Below are positions 1-9,971 of a stretch of 64,000 bases of DNA, in pieces. Source of the DNA: Pseudobdellovibrionaceae bacterium (GTDB lineage Bacteria > Bdellovibrionota > FAC87 > UBA2466 > JACKAF01); the NCBI GenBank assembly GCA_020635235.1, contig JACKAF010000001.1, positions 178,380 to 242,379 of the forward strand, read 5' to 3'. The notes beneath the pieces were generated by a model, which made no database searches, was not told the origin of the DNA, and saw only the letters and a program-made list of their open reading frames with translations. Within the stretch, counting starts at the first letter, position 1. Every line of letters begins with the position of its first letter. Both the position numbers and the translations under genes were made by a program.

Positions 1-351
1 CTTGATTGACGGCTTTTTCCAGGTCCGTCATCACCGCTTCTACGTCTTCATGATCCATGTCCACCCGGACAACAATGCGGCTTTTTCCAGACTGGCTGGT
101 TGAGCGAACGTCTTTTAACCCACTGACTGTTCGTATTTTGTCTTCTATGGGTTTGGTAATCTTACTTTCGATATCCTCGGGTGCCGCCCCCCTGTAGTTT
201 GTCTCCACAATTGCGGTCGCGAAGTTGACCGAGGGGTACGACTCTGCGTTCAGCATCATCATGCCGAGCAGGCCTGCGATAAAGATAAAGAGGGAAAGCA
301 TCGCAGTAAGCTTATTGTTAACAAGAAAAAATTCTGCCAGCCGGCGCATAC
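1..351 (-). CDS. RND efflux transporter permease (AcrB/CzcA family), N-terminal fragment running off the window
   Basis: Reverse translation from ATG at 351-349 gives MRRLAEFFLVNNKLTAMLSLFIFIAGLLGMMMLNAESYPSVNFATAIVETNYRGAAPEDIESKITKPIEDKIRTVSGLKDV..., the TM1 plus periplasmic-loop pattern of RND pumps. SD AAGGAG lies 5 nt upstream. The start is 8 nt downstream of the TolC-like stop. Confidence 0.65.
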
Positions 352-358
352 AATCTCC

Positions 359-1828
359 TTAACGCTGGTTAAATGAACAAGGCGTTTCGGTAAAAACGGT
401 TAAATAGGCAAAAAGAGCATTCAAAGCTTCCAGTTGAGTTTGAACAACGTTCAGTTCGGAGCCCAGCAATGCATCCTGTTCTGCAACAAGTTCGGTAACC
501 GAAACACGGGCCTGAGCGTACTTCTGCTCCATGTCCTTCAGTCGTATTCGTAATTTAGCGCTGTTCTCTTTAAGTAAACTAACGACTTGAGTCAGGTATT
601 GAATCGAACGGCCAATCTGCCTGTGGGTGCTCTCAACTCGCGTTTTAAGTTCCTTTGCTTCAGCATCCGATCGAAGTTGGTCGCGCAGCGTTCTGAGTTT
701 TGATGTATCGGACTTCTTGCCGTCGAGCGGAATGCGGAGCTCTAAGCCTACTTCGTAACCAAATCGATTGTTTCCACTGATGTCGTTCCAGGCTCCCCCG
801 AGGTTGCTATCGGCATCATTATCCACACCCGTGGTCTTGAGACGCGTCTTGAAGTGGACATCGATGTCATCGTAACGAGCGTGGGAGGCCATCTGCGCAT
901 TTTTTTCAGCCTCAATCTTTTCTATGATTTGATCGTAAAGCGTGTACTGCAAGGGAGCGTCGGCCGCTGTATTGATCTGAGCCGTGCACAAAAGTACTTC
1001 GGCCACCGTGGCCTGGAGATCGTACGGAAGAAGTTCCAATTCGTGCGTCGCCAAACCTGGAAGAAGGATCATGAGCTGCTTAACAATCTCGTCTTTCTCG
1101 TAGTCCAATCGAGTCAGCTGAGCACGTCGCTGCGCTACCTGGGATTCGTAGCGGGCAACCTCTCCTTTATCCGCTATAGAGTTGCGTAGACGCTTCTTGG
1201 CATCTTTTGCTTGAATCTCCGCCGTCTCTAATAGCCTCAGCGAGATCTTGCGGGATTCTTCGTTCGCAACCAGAGCCCAATACAGTTGGCGTACAGAAAT
1301 ATTGAATGCCTTGCGATTGATCTGCTCTTCTAGCTCGCTCTTTTCCGCACGAGCTTCAAGTTCCCGACGCTTAGCGCGAGTTGTGTACCCAAGGAGATCT
1401 TTCCATAGGTCGATACTTAGATCGAGGGCGCCAGTAAGGGACGTTCCGTTGGTAAGATTTAGACTTCCGGCGGTGCGCTGATCCATCACTACACTTGCCG
1501 TCATGTCGACACCGTACGGCAGCGACTTTTGAACACCAATTTGGGCATTACGAGTGGGAGAGAAGACTGGGGCAAAGGAGATGAGCGCGCGTTCCCGTGT
1601 TTCTGCGATCTGCCCGCCCGCGAAAAACGACGGCGAAAACTTTTCGTCGTAGCTGTCGCGTTGCGATCGAGCGTCTAACAAAGCCGCGTGGATGCGAGCA
1701 ACGGAAGGGGTGGACTCCTCCACAAGCTTTAAGAGCGAACCCTCAGAAACTCTAACGGTTTCCGCCTGCGCCAAGCCGGCTACGAGGAATCCCAACCACC
1801 ATCCGAACCCAACCCATCGAGAAATCAT
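359..1828 (-). CDS. TolC-like outer membrane efflux protein (OEP family)
   Basis: 489 aa with a signal peptide. Coiled-coil-rich repeats are typical of outer membrane factor proteins. Immediately followed by the RND pump gene. Confidence 0.75.
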   Translation of the reverse strand: MISRWVGFGWWLGFLVAGLAQAETVRVSEGSLLKLVEESTPSVARIHAALLDARSQRDSYDEKFSPSFFAGGQIAETRERALISFAPVFSPTRNAQIGVQKSLPYGVDMTASVVMDQRTAGSLNLTNGTSLTGALDLSIDLWKDLLGYTTRAKRRELEARAEKSELEEQINRKAFNISVRQLYWALVANEESRKISLRLLETAEIQAKDAKKRLRNSIADKGEVARYESQVAQRRAQLTRLDYEKDEIVKQLMILLPGLATHELELLPYDLQATVAEVLLCTAQINTAADAPLQYTLYDQIIEKIEAEKNAQMASHARYDDIDVHFKTRLKTTGVDNDADSNLGGAWNDISGNNRFGYEVGLELRIPLDGKKSDTSKLRTLRDQLRSDAEAKELKTRVESTHRQIGRSIQYLTQVVSLLKENSAKLRIRLKDMEQKYAQARVSVTELVAEQDALLGSELNVVQTQLEALNALFAYLTVFTETPCSFNQR

Positions 1829-1952
1829 AAGCCCCTTTCAAACGATCGTTTCAAACAATAGTATGACTCGCAGGGGCAAGAGAGTCCAGTAAATTTTCAA
1901 ACAAACGTTTGACGCTTATAATTTCATATACTTAGTTGATTTTCTTTCTGGC

Positions 1953-2480
1953 CTAACGGCCGAAGGTGCAGCCGCCCACATCGTGGTCGACTTCGCCGTA
2001 GGGGTCACTGTACGCGGTATACCGCACGTTGGCCGAGAAGAGCTCTTTGAGATATTCGTCTCGGTACGCCCGATAGGTGGACTGGGAGAAAATGTAGCTG
2101 TTCATAATGCTTTCCTTGCGCCCGTCACTGTACGAGGTGTTGGTGTGGCCGCGCCCAAGCAGGCAGTGCCCGAGTTCATGGAACACAAGCATTTCCTTAA
2201 AGGTACCGCTCCCGCTGCGCCAGGCAGAGGAAGAAAAGTCGACGTAATTTGTGCTCCCTCCTCGGTACGTGCACATGCCGACGACTGAGCTGAACCAGAA
2301 GTTAGTGAAAGAAAAAACGATCCGATCGGCAATGAAGCTGGCGCCGTAAGTTTGAGCTAGATCCTGAAAGCTTTGGTAGTAGGGAGCCACTTCCTTATCG
2401 ACCGAAAGGCTTGGACGGCGCGGGGCCATCCCATGGGCCTGGACGGAAAACAAAACAATGAATAACAAGATGACACGCAT
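1953..2480 (-). CDS. small secreted metzincin-type zinc metalloprotease
   Basis: 175 aa with signal peptide MRVILLFIVLFSVQAHG. Extended zinc motif HELGHCLLGRGH (HExxHxxGxxH) is followed by a Met-turn-like SIMNSY. Confidence 0.55.
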   Translation of the reverse strand: MRVILLFIVLFSVQAHGMAPRRPSLSVDKEVAPYYQSFQDLAQTYGASFIADRIVFSFTNFWFSSVVGMCTYRGGSTNYVDFSSSAWRSGSGTFKEMLVFHELGHCLLGRGHTNTSYSDGRKESIMNSYIFSQSTYRAYRDEYLKELFSANVRYTAYSDPYGEVDHDVGGCTFGR

Positions 2481-2571
2481 GTAGCCTCCTCCATGAGATG
2501 CGTTGCCCTCTATTATTCATCTTGATTGTGTCATAAAGACGCGGAGACTCTGTTGCTTTCCTCAAAATTCA

Positions 2572-4074
2572 CTACTCAGCCAGTGCCTTGAGAGATTTTT
2601 GCTGAAGCACGCCGCAAATGTGCTGGTGATAATTCGAGAAAATCCAATCGTTGTGAAAGCTGTACTGAAGGAGATCGCGATCGCCATCTTTAACCATCGA
2701 TTCCAACAACGGATAGAGCAGGTACTGCAGACCATGGGCCCCGGGTCCATTGAAAGAATAGGAAACCAGTTGTGGCGTACTGGCCGTGGACCAACGGCTC
2801 ATATCAATGCCGTTTCCTTCAACCAAATAGCGCATCCATGTAGCGGTACGTAAGTTGCTCTCTGTTAAATCTAGAGTCGAAGCCGCCGCAACCGCGTCTT
2901 TCTCTTCCTTGGGCCCCGTATAAAACGGGTATTCAGGAACTAAGTCTTCACCCGGATGTTCCCGGCGCCAATTGGCCTGCCAGGCCCGCGCAATGATGGC
3001 TTCGTCACGGTGCCTTTTCCGGTAGTCTGCTTCAATGTGGTCTTTGGTATCGGCGCGCAGGGCCTCAAGTCCCATACCCAATTTTAACTCTATCTTCTTG
3101 CGCTCACCCTCGGGGAGAAAGCTCTTCATTCCTCCCTTGTCGTCCAGCAACTCATCACACGTCATCAAAGCGCCTAAAAGCGCGTACTTGTAGCGGCCAA
3201 ACCAAACAGCAGGCGTCCTTAACTCCCGCAGCATTTTTTCGAAGGCCAGCTGGCCGATGAAAATGCCAAAACGGTCGTCACGTGCAAAGGGGCCCGTCCC
3301 CTCTCCGTAGGTTCCAATCGGCTCAAAAAATTGCATGCGTTTGGGTTCTTCGCCACGGCCGTCCGATCCGCGCCACGCGCCTGGACGATAGCTGTAGGTG
3401 GGCCAACGCAAAAAGGGTGGGTTTCCATGGCAGGATGCACAGTTAGGAACGCGGTGTTTTTTTCGCTCCTCCGGATCCAGCGGGTTATCAACGAAGACCG
3501 GTTTACCTTCCGAAAAATCGAGGACGTGGACACGGAACATCTCTTTGGGCTTTGCCTTACGGTCAATTTCGAAAATCTCAATGCGTTCCGACCGTTGACC
3601 ATCGAGCGGGATTCCCAAGATAAGGTTCTGACTGCCCGCAAGCAGCCGTTTACCTTTCTGCGTGCTCAAGCTGTGATGCATGCGTGTGTGGCGATGATAA
3701 AAAGTCTCTAACTTGGGATCGGTGGCAAAAAGTTTTAACAGGGAATCCAGATCCGTGAAACCGTGTTTCTCGTGGAGCATTTCGACATTGTTCTTAAAAT
3801 CTGCATAGCTTTCTGGTTCGCCGTAACGAGGATTTTCCCACTTCTGATACGTTCGGTAATACTTCTCCAGGATTTCTTCTATCGCGAAGGTCTTTACGCC
3901 CGGGCAATACTCTTCCTTTACGGTGAGAATCTTCAAACCGTCCGGACAAATACATTCAATCGTTCCGTGGGTGCGTTCACTACCGCGCTCTTTGCAAAGC
4001 GCGCGGTGCTCATCGGATGCCCCATACAACGGTCCGAAACACAAAAGAAGGGTCGCTATCAGCAGGTTCTGCAT
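2572..4074 (-). CDS. secreted hypothetical protein with a single CxxCH haem-binding motif
   Basis: ORF 2572-4170. The likely start is the internal Met of MQNLLIATLLLCFGPLYGAS, a signal peptide. Contains NCASCHGNPPF. No other recognisable domain. Confidence 0.5.
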   Translation of the reverse strand: MQNLLIATLLLCFGPLYGASDEHRALCKERGSERTHGTIECICPDGLKILTVKEEYCPGVKTFAIEEILEKYYRTYQKWENPRYGEPESYADFKNNVEMLHEKHGFTDLDSLLKLFATDPKLETFYHRHTRMHHSLSTQKGKRLLAGSQNLILGIPLDGQRSERIEIFEIDRKAKPKEMFRVHVLDFSEGKPVFVDNPLDPEERKKHRVPNCASCHGNPPFLRWPTYSYRPGAWRGSDGRGEEPKRMQFFEPIGTYGEGTGPFARDDRFGIFIGQLAFEKMLRELRTPAVWFGRYKYALLGALMTCDELLDDKGGMKSFLPEGERKKIELKLGMGLEALRADTKDHIEADYRKRHRDEAIIARAWQANWRREHPGEDLVPEYPFYTGPKEEKDAVAAASTLDLTESNLRTATWMRYLVEGNGIDMSRWSTASTPQLVSYSFNGPGAHGLQYLLYPLLESMVKDGDRDLLQYSFHNDWIFSNYHQHICGVLQQKSLKALAE

Positions 4075-4085
4075 ACGCGAGAATC

Positions 4086-5528
4086 TTAGCTTCGATTCCG
4101 CTGCGATGACAAGAAGGCTCCCAACAAAACTAAGGGAAGGTATACCCAGCAAACACTCTGGAAGCCCCAAGAAAAGGACAGACCGATATCTGCAGGCAGA
4201 CGCCCGCCCGGCGGAATCGCACTTAGCACCCGCGCTAGGCCCTGCCCTCCGGAACCCACGTTGCCCGCGTGGCGCAAGCTGAAATTAAAAATTGCCCCCG
4301 CAATGGCCACTCCCAAGCTTTGGCCAGTGTAGCGGAACATCGCAAGCAGCCCGGACGCAATCCCTCGCCTATCGTCGGCCACCGCAGACATGATGGAATT
4401 GTTGTTGGGAGCCATGAACATCCCCAGGCTGATCCCAAGTAGAAACACACGCCAAATCACACCAAAAACCGGAGTGCTCGCGTCCAAGGCCGTCAAAAGC
4501 CAGAGGCTCAGTCCGACCATTGAAAGTCCCACAGTAGAAATGCCTCGCGAACCAAAAACATCAGAAAAGCGTCCGGAAAGAGGACTGATGACCATGAAAG
4601 CAATTGGAAGCGGCAACATCAATAGCCCGGCGGTTTGAGCATCCAAGCCGCGTAAGCTCTGCCAATAAAACGGCATGAGGAACTGCACCCCGGAAAGCGT
4701 GATCATCGCGAGCACGCCCGCCAACTGGCCAAAGGCAAACTCTCGGTTCGAGAAGAGCGAAAGATCCACAAGTGGGTGCGCGTGGCGACTCTGCATCCAC
4801 ACAAAAACAGCCGTAGTCACGGCTCCAAAACTCATGAGGGCAACAGGGGCGAAACTCCACCCGTTCTCCGCTCCTTCGGTAAGCCCAAGAAAAAGGGCCC
4901 CCAAACCAAACACACAAAGCACGGCGCCCATCCAATCCAGCCGCTCGCCGTGTTTTAGGAGCTGGTGATCGGGCAACAAGCGGTAACTAAAGGCCGCCCC
5001 CAAAATACCTATGGGAATGTTGATGAAAAAGATCGACGGCCACCCAAAGTGAGTAACCAAAAAGCCACCTAGTGAAGGACCTACTGCAGCGCCACCGCTG
5101 ATGAGGATCGCCTGTATTCCCATTGCCACGCCACGGCGCCCTGGTGGGAAAGTGTCCGAGATGATTGCCAGTGTATTGCTTGAAATAAGCGCAGCACCAA
5201 AGGCCTGCACAATTCGACCGAATATCAAGAACTCTATGCTTCGAGCTTGTGCCGCAAGCAAGCTACTCGCCGCGAATACGAGCTGCCCGATGATAAAGAG
5301 TTTCTTTCGCCCCACTATATCGCTGAGTCTTCCAGCCACGGGCACAAGGCCTATCAACATCAAGGTGTAGGAGATGACGACCCACTGAACGGTAGCAAAC
5401 GGTGCTTGTAGTTCTCGCGCAAGCGAGGGCAGCGCAATGTTTACGATAGTGACGTCGATGACGACTATGAATAGGCCGAGTCCTACACAAAGCAGGACAA
5501 GCGCCTCTTCCAAACGGCTTCTGGACAT
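4086..5528 (-). CDS. MFS transporter, DHA2-like 14-TMS drug:H+ antiporter family
   Basis: Many hydrophobic helices. MFS signature region GRLSDIVGRKKLFIIG. The second in-frame ATG (MSRSRLEEAL) has a better SD than the first. Confidence 0.8.
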   Translation of the reverse strand: MSRSRLEEALVLLCVGLGLFIVVIDVTIVNIALPSLARELQAPFATVQWVVISYTLMLIGLVPVAGRLSDIVGRKKLFIIGQLVFAASSLLAAQARSIEFLIFGRIVQAFGAALISSNTLAIISDTFPPGRRGVAMGIQAILISGGAAVGPSLGGFLVTHFGWPSIFFINIPIGILGAAFSYRLLPDHQLLKHGERLDWMGAVLCVFGLGALFLGLTEGAENGWSFAPVALMSFGAVTTAVFVWMQSRHAHPLVDLSLFSNREFAFGQLAGVLAMITLSGVQFLMPFYWQSLRGLDAQTAGLLMLPLPIAFMVISPLSGRFSDVFGSRGISTVGLSMVGLSLWLLTALDASTPVFGVIWRVFLLGISLGMFMAPNNNSIMSAVADDRRGIASGLLAMFRYTGQSLGVAIAGAIFNFSLRHAGNVGSGGQGLARVLSAIPPGGRLPADIGLSFSWGFQSVCWVYLPLVLLGAFLSSQRNRS

Positions 5529-5658
5529 TTCCCAACCCTTGCCTCTTCCCATGCTTAAAGAGGCGATCCCAGCATGCTTCGGATTGGGAACAAATACAAG
5601 GCCCCTCCCCCGCGCCGCTCGGGTTTACCATCTTACGCCTCTAGAGTACGTTGGCTCG

Positions 5659-7449
5659 ATGAGTTTGATCGCAGTGCAGAAGTTAAAAAAGTCGTTTGGC
5701 GCACGTACTCTTTTTGAAGATATTGATTTCGCCATCGAACCCGCGGAGCGCGTCGGCCTCATCGGTCCAAATGGTGCCGGTAAATCTACGCTACTCGCAA
5801 TTCTCGCCGATCGTCAGAGCCCAGACAGCGGGGAAGTGGTCCGGCAAAAGGGCGCAAAAATCGCCCTTCTGGATCAGGTACCTGTTTTGGACCTAGAAAA
5901 AACGGTATTGGACACGATCCTAGAAAATTGTGAGGGTTCCATCTCGACGGCCCTAGAAGTCTTTAGCAAAACAGGGCTTGATGCTGTAGGGGTCACCCCC
6001 GAAACACCCGTCGGGCAGCTTTCCGGCGGCTGGCGGAAGCGTGCGGCACTCGCGAGAGCGCTGGCGGCGGAACCGGACCTCTTGTTGCTAGATGAACCTA
6101 CCAACCACTTGGATGTCGAGTCGATTCTCTGGCTAGAGGAATTCTTGGGCCGAGCCCCCTTTTCAACCATTACCATTACCCATGACAGGGCTTTTCTCCA
6201 AAACACCTCCAATCGCATCTTGGAACTGGATCGGCGTAACCCAGGCGGGATGCTCAAAGTAGCCGGCGACTACGCGACCTATCTCGAAAAAAAAGAAGCT
6301 CTGCTCGCAAACCAACGCAGCCAGGAAGAGTCACTTCGCAACCGCTTGAGACGGGAAACAGAGTGGCTGCGAAGAGGGGCCAAGGCACGTACCACAAAGC
6401 AGAAAGCCAGGATCCAACGTGCAGGAGAGCTCAAAGAAGATGTCGGCGAGCTGGCCGCCAGAAACCAATCCCAGTCGGTACGTCTCACCTTCGACGGCAG
6501 CCAACGCCGATCCAAAAGACTCATCGAAGCGGTTGGTGTCAGTAAAAGCATCGAAGATCGAACGCTCTTTGAAGACTTCAGCGTTTTTTTGGGTCCGGGT
6601 AGCCGGCTGGGCCTTATAGGGCAGAACGGTTGCGGCAAAACCACACTGATCCGTACTTTGCTGGGCGAAACGACTCCGGATGCAGGGTCTATCCTGCAGG
6701 CAGACGAGCTACAGATAGCGTATTTTGAACAGCACAGAGAATCACTCGACCCAACGATTTCTGTTCAGAAAGCGGTCTGCCCGAGCGGCGATCACGTACT
6801 CTTTCAGGACCGCTCTGTTCATGTACGCAGCTATCTCGACAGATTTCTTTTCTCTGCGGAACAGGCGGATCAACCCGTATCGAAACTTTCTGGCGGGGAG
6901 CAATCCCGCTTACTAATTGCACGCCTCATGCTTAAAAAGGCGGATGTTTTAGTTCTGGACGAACCCACTAACGACTTAGACATCAGCACATTGGACGTAC
7001 TTGAAGATTGCCTTATTGAGTTTCCTGGAGCCGTCATCCTAGTGAGTCACGATCGATATTTTTTGGATCGGGTTTCCAATATCTTATATGGATTTCACAA
7101 CGGCCAACTGACGAACTTCGCCGATCTACACCAATGGGAACAGTGGCGAGAAAACTTGTCCCAGAGTGCAAAATCTGTAAAATCAGCAGACAGGCGGGAA
7201 AAAAAGAAGCGAAAACTCGGCTACAAAGAAGTTCGAGAACTAGAAGGAATGGAGGCCGCCATTCAAAAAGCTGAAAAAACCTTGGAATCGTTGACGGCAC
7301 AAGCACACAATCCGGAAAACGTTGCGAACGCAGCTAAATTGAGCTCTCTCTATGCTGAGATTGCGGCGGCCCAGGAAGTCGTCGACAAACTTTTTGTACG
7401 TTGGCAGGAACTCGAAACGCTAAAGACAGATTTGGAGAACGAGTCATGA
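5659..7449 (+). CDS. ABC-F family ATPase (Uup-like, two ABC domains plus C-terminal coiled coil)
   Basis: Two Walker A sites (GPNGAGKST, GQNGCGKTT). Two ABC signatures (LSGGWRKRAALARAL, LSGGEQSRLLIARL). No transmembrane domain. C-terminal coiled-coil tail. Start taken at MSLIAVQKLKKSFG. Confidence 0.85.
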   Translation: MSLIAVQKLKKSFGARTLFEDIDFAIEPAERVGLIGPNGAGKSTLLAILADRQSPDSGEVVRQKGAKIALLDQVPVLDLEKTVLDTILENCEGSISTALEVFSKTGLDAVGVTPETPVGQLSGGWRKRAALARALAAEPDLLLLDEPTNHLDVESILWLEEFLGRAPFSTITITHDRAFLQNTSNRILELDRRNPGGMLKVAGDYATYLEKKEALLANQRSQEESLRNRLRRETEWLRRGAKARTTKQKARIQRAGELKEDVGELAARNQSQSVRLTFDGSQRRSKRLIEAVGVSKSIEDRTLFEDFSVFLGPGSRLGLIGQNGCGKTTLIRTLLGETTPDAGSILQADELQIAYFEQHRESLDPTISVQKAVCPSGDHVLFQDRSVHVRSYLDRFLFSAEQADQPVSKLSGGEQSRLLIARLMLKKADVLVLDEPTNDLDISTLDVLEDCLIEFPGAVILVSHDRYFLDRVSNILYGFHNGQLTNFADLHQWEQWRENLSQSAKSVKSADRREKKKRKLGYKEVRELEGMEAAIQKAEKTLESLTAQAHNPENVANAAKLSSLYAEIAAAQEVVDKLFVRWQELETLKTDLENES

Positions 7450-8363
7450 AGGACGCGCTACACACACTCTGGGGGGAAATTAATTGGGCGGGCGCCATCA
7501 AGTCCGGCATTCGCATTTTCGTGTGGGTCGTTGCGATGTGGGTGGTATGGGCACTTCTTAGATCGCTCATCTTTCGTTTTGAAAAACGCGTGGTCAGTCG
7601 GACCCGCAAACAGGGTGAGCCGGCGAGTGAAGCCCAAAAACGCGCCGAGACACTTGCGAGACTAATGAAACAAGGGGTCTCCATCTCTGTTGCGCTCATT
7701 TTTGTTTTGGGAATTCTGCGGGAAATAGGGATCGACATCGGGCCTGTTCTGGCGAGCGCCGGTGTGGCTGGTTTGGCCATCGGTTTTGGCGCACAAAATT
7801 TGGTTCGCGATGTGATCTCCGGTTTCTTCATGTTACTTGAGAATCAGGTTCGGGTGGGCGATGTGGCCGTAGTGAATGGGACCAGTGGACTCGTTGAAGC
7901 CGTCAATTTCAGAACTATTGTTCTGCGGGATCTCACCGGTACAGTCCACGTTTTCCCCAATGGAACCATTAACACGCTTTCCAACATGACACTCAACTGG
8001 TCTGGGTATGTGATGGACATTGGTGTCGCGTACAAAGAGGATTTGGATAGCGTTATCGACACTATCGAGGAAGTGGGTAAAAGCCTTCAGGAAAACTCTC
8101 CCGTTGGACGCTACATATTGGAACCCATCGAAGTCTTTGGCGTGGATGATTTTGGGGATTCCGCGATTATCGTAAAAGCCCGCCTGAAAACGATGCCGGG
8201 GCAGCAGTGGCTCGTTGGCCGCGCGTACCGCAAGCAGCTCAAGTACGCCTTTGATAAGAAGGGGATTGAGATTCCCTTCCCTCACCGAAGCCTCTATTTC
8301 GGAGAAGCCAGCAAGGAAGTTGCTGTAAAACTTATCGAATCTGGAGCTAAAGCCGACAAATAG
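7446..8363 (+). CDS. mechanosensitive ion channel, MscS family
   Basis: TM helices followed by an MscS beta-domain pattern (GDVAVVNGTSGLVEAVNFRTIVLRDLTGTVHVFPNG). ATGA overlap with the ABC-F stop. Confidence 0.8.
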   Translation: MKDALHTLWGEINWAGAIKSGIRIFVWVVAMWVVWALLRSLIFRFEKRVVSRTRKQGEPASEAQKRAETLARLMKQGVSISVALIFVLGILREIGIDIGPVLASAGVAGLAIGFGAQNLVRDVISGFFMLLENQVRVGDVAVVNGTSGLVEAVNFRTIVLRDLTGTVHVFPNGTINTLSNMTLNWSGYVMDIGVAYKEDLDSVIDTIEEVGKSLQENSPVGRYILEPIEVFGVDDFGDSAIIVKARLKTMPGQQWLVGRAYRKQLKYAFDKKGIEIPFPHRSLYFGEASKEVAVKLIESGAKADK

Positions 8364-8418
8364 GCTAGCTTGACTCAGCGCATTATCTCCCCCTATGCTG
8401 TTGCACCGGAGGGACACT

Positions 8419-9198
8419 ATGCGTAGAAGCTGGCTCGTGGTTGCGGGGCTTTGGTGGACTGGCGCAGTTCTGGGAATGACCGTTCCCACGGGGACCTGGC
8501 AACCTGTGGACCGAGCTGTTTTTGAAGCACGCTATGGGGATGCGTACCCAAAGACAGAACCGACTGGTGTCACACTGATTCGCCCCACCGATAAACTTTA
8601 TGTTTACACTCTGGGAACGGCGAGCACCTCCCACTGCACCCTACTTCCACACGCTGTACAGCTAAAAGATAGCGGGAGCTTCTCGACATTTACCGCGAAG
8701 GGAAATCTAGTGGCGCTTATAAAAGCCATGAAGTTCTCTGAGATAGGTTTCACGTTCCGGGACTTTGGTGCGGCAGACGGCTATGCCACCCGCTGCCTAA
8801 TCCATGCCTTTGCAGGCATCGAACCGGAACCCTCAGCAGATGAAAAAGAACGCGCCCAATATAAGCGCATAGGATCGGTTCCATACGAAGGTGGTTTTGT
8901 ACGCAGTCTGGACTATGATCTGAGTGAACGCCTGCCATTGAAGAAGTTGCTTCTTAAGACCCCGAATTCCTGCATCCAAAAAATGGAAATCCTGGAAGTC
9001 GGTACCATTGTGAACGGCCAATTCCACCGCGCGGTACCCAGTCAAAATGGTCAGGGCGAATACTTTTATCAGGTAGACAACTCGTCCAAGGATTCATTGA
9101 CGAAGATTCGCTTGCGAGTTAATGGGAAGTTCCCATCAGACGACGATAAAATGGAATGCCCGATTGAGGTCAGCGCTTTGCTTTGGAGTCAATCATGA
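8419..9198 (+). CDS. hypothetical secreted protein
   Basis: Signal peptide MRRSWLVVAGLWWTGAVLG. No recognisable domain. Confidence 0.45.
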   Translation: MRRSWLVVAGLWWTGAVLGMTVPTGTWQPVDRAVFEARYGDAYPKTEPTGVTLIRPTDKLYVYTLGTASTSHCTLLPHAVQLKDSGSFSTFTAKGNLVALIKAMKFSEIGFTFRDFGAADGYATRCLIHAFAGIEPEPSADEKERAQYKRIGSVPYEGGFVRSLDYDLSERLPLKKLLLKTPNSCIQKMEILEVGTIVNGQFHRAVPSQNGQGEYFYQVDNSSKDSLTKIRLRVNGKFPSDDDKMECPIEVSALLWSQS

Positions 9199-9971
9199 AG
9201 CTCATATGGATATTCTTGATTTTGAGTCTTCCGGCCCATGCGAGTTATTTCGGCCCCGAGATTTTTGGTAAGGGCTTTGACAGCGCGGGTGGCGATTACA
9301 TTACAGGGTTCAGAAAGCTAGACAAGAAAATGCCCGCAAACCATATCCAGGTGATGGTCAAAAGGAATGGTCTTGGAATCTGTAAGTACCAACTAAAAGG
9401 AATCGCGGTAAAACACACGCCAGGTTCCGATGTTTTTTCAACCTATACTCCGTACCGCGAAAACTCGGAGCGGGGGGATTTTCGCTCTGACACCAAGTAC
9501 TTTTCCTACTTCCGGCTCAACGATCCGAACATCGAGGAAATTCAGTTCTTTCTGGAAAATGTAGGAGAAAACGACAATGTTTGGGAATGTGCCGTAGTCG
9601 TAAATGCGGAACCCTACAAAGAATCCGTACCAGCACCCCATCTGGACGTACGCCGCTTCCACCATCTAGACGCGATTCTATACGCAGGCGGCAACAAACT
9701 GCGTTCCCTTCCTCTAGGACCAGAAGGAAAGAATCTGCAGTACGTGCGCGTCCAAGTCCCCGCATTCTGCAACCAGAGCGTGAGAATCACTCAGGTGAAC
9801 GTTATTGATAGCGAAAAGGAAAGTTGCGAGTTGCGCGCTGTAAGCAAGCCGCTTGGAATCTACCAGGTACACCTACCGCCCAAGCGAAGCGCGAACTACA
9901 TCGAACTGAAGCTCGAGGGCGAGGAATCCACCGAAGTCTGCGCGGTACCCGTCAGCCTTTTTCAGGAGTAG
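9195..9971 (+). CDS. hypothetical secreted protein
   Basis: Signal peptide MKLIWIFLILSLPAHA. ATGA overlap with the upstream gene indicates co-transcription. Confidence 0.45.
   Translation: MKLIWIFLILSLPAHASYFGPEIFGKGFDSAGGDYITGFRKLDKKMPANHIQVMVKRNGLGICKYQLKGIAVKHTPGSDVFSTYTPYRENSERGDFRSDTKYFSYFRLNDPNIEEIQFFLENVGENDNVWECAVVVNAEPYKESVPAPHLDVRRFHHLDAILYAGGNKLRSLPLGPEGKNLQYVRVQVPAFCNQSVRITQVNVIDSEKESCELRAVSKPLGIYQVHLPPKRSANYIELKLEGEESTEVCAVPVSLFQE

Noticed and set aside
854-1481. Plus-strand ORFs (111 aa, 77 aa) inside the TolC-like gene
   Set aside because: They are antisense to a well-supported 489-aa outer membrane factor gene and have Arg/Ser-rich low-complexity translations.
3219-3711. Antisense and overlapping ORFs (140 aa minus strand, 126 aa plus strand) inside the CxxCH protein gene
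   Set aside because: They lie within a longer, motif-bearing ORF in another frame. No RBS or domain evidence.
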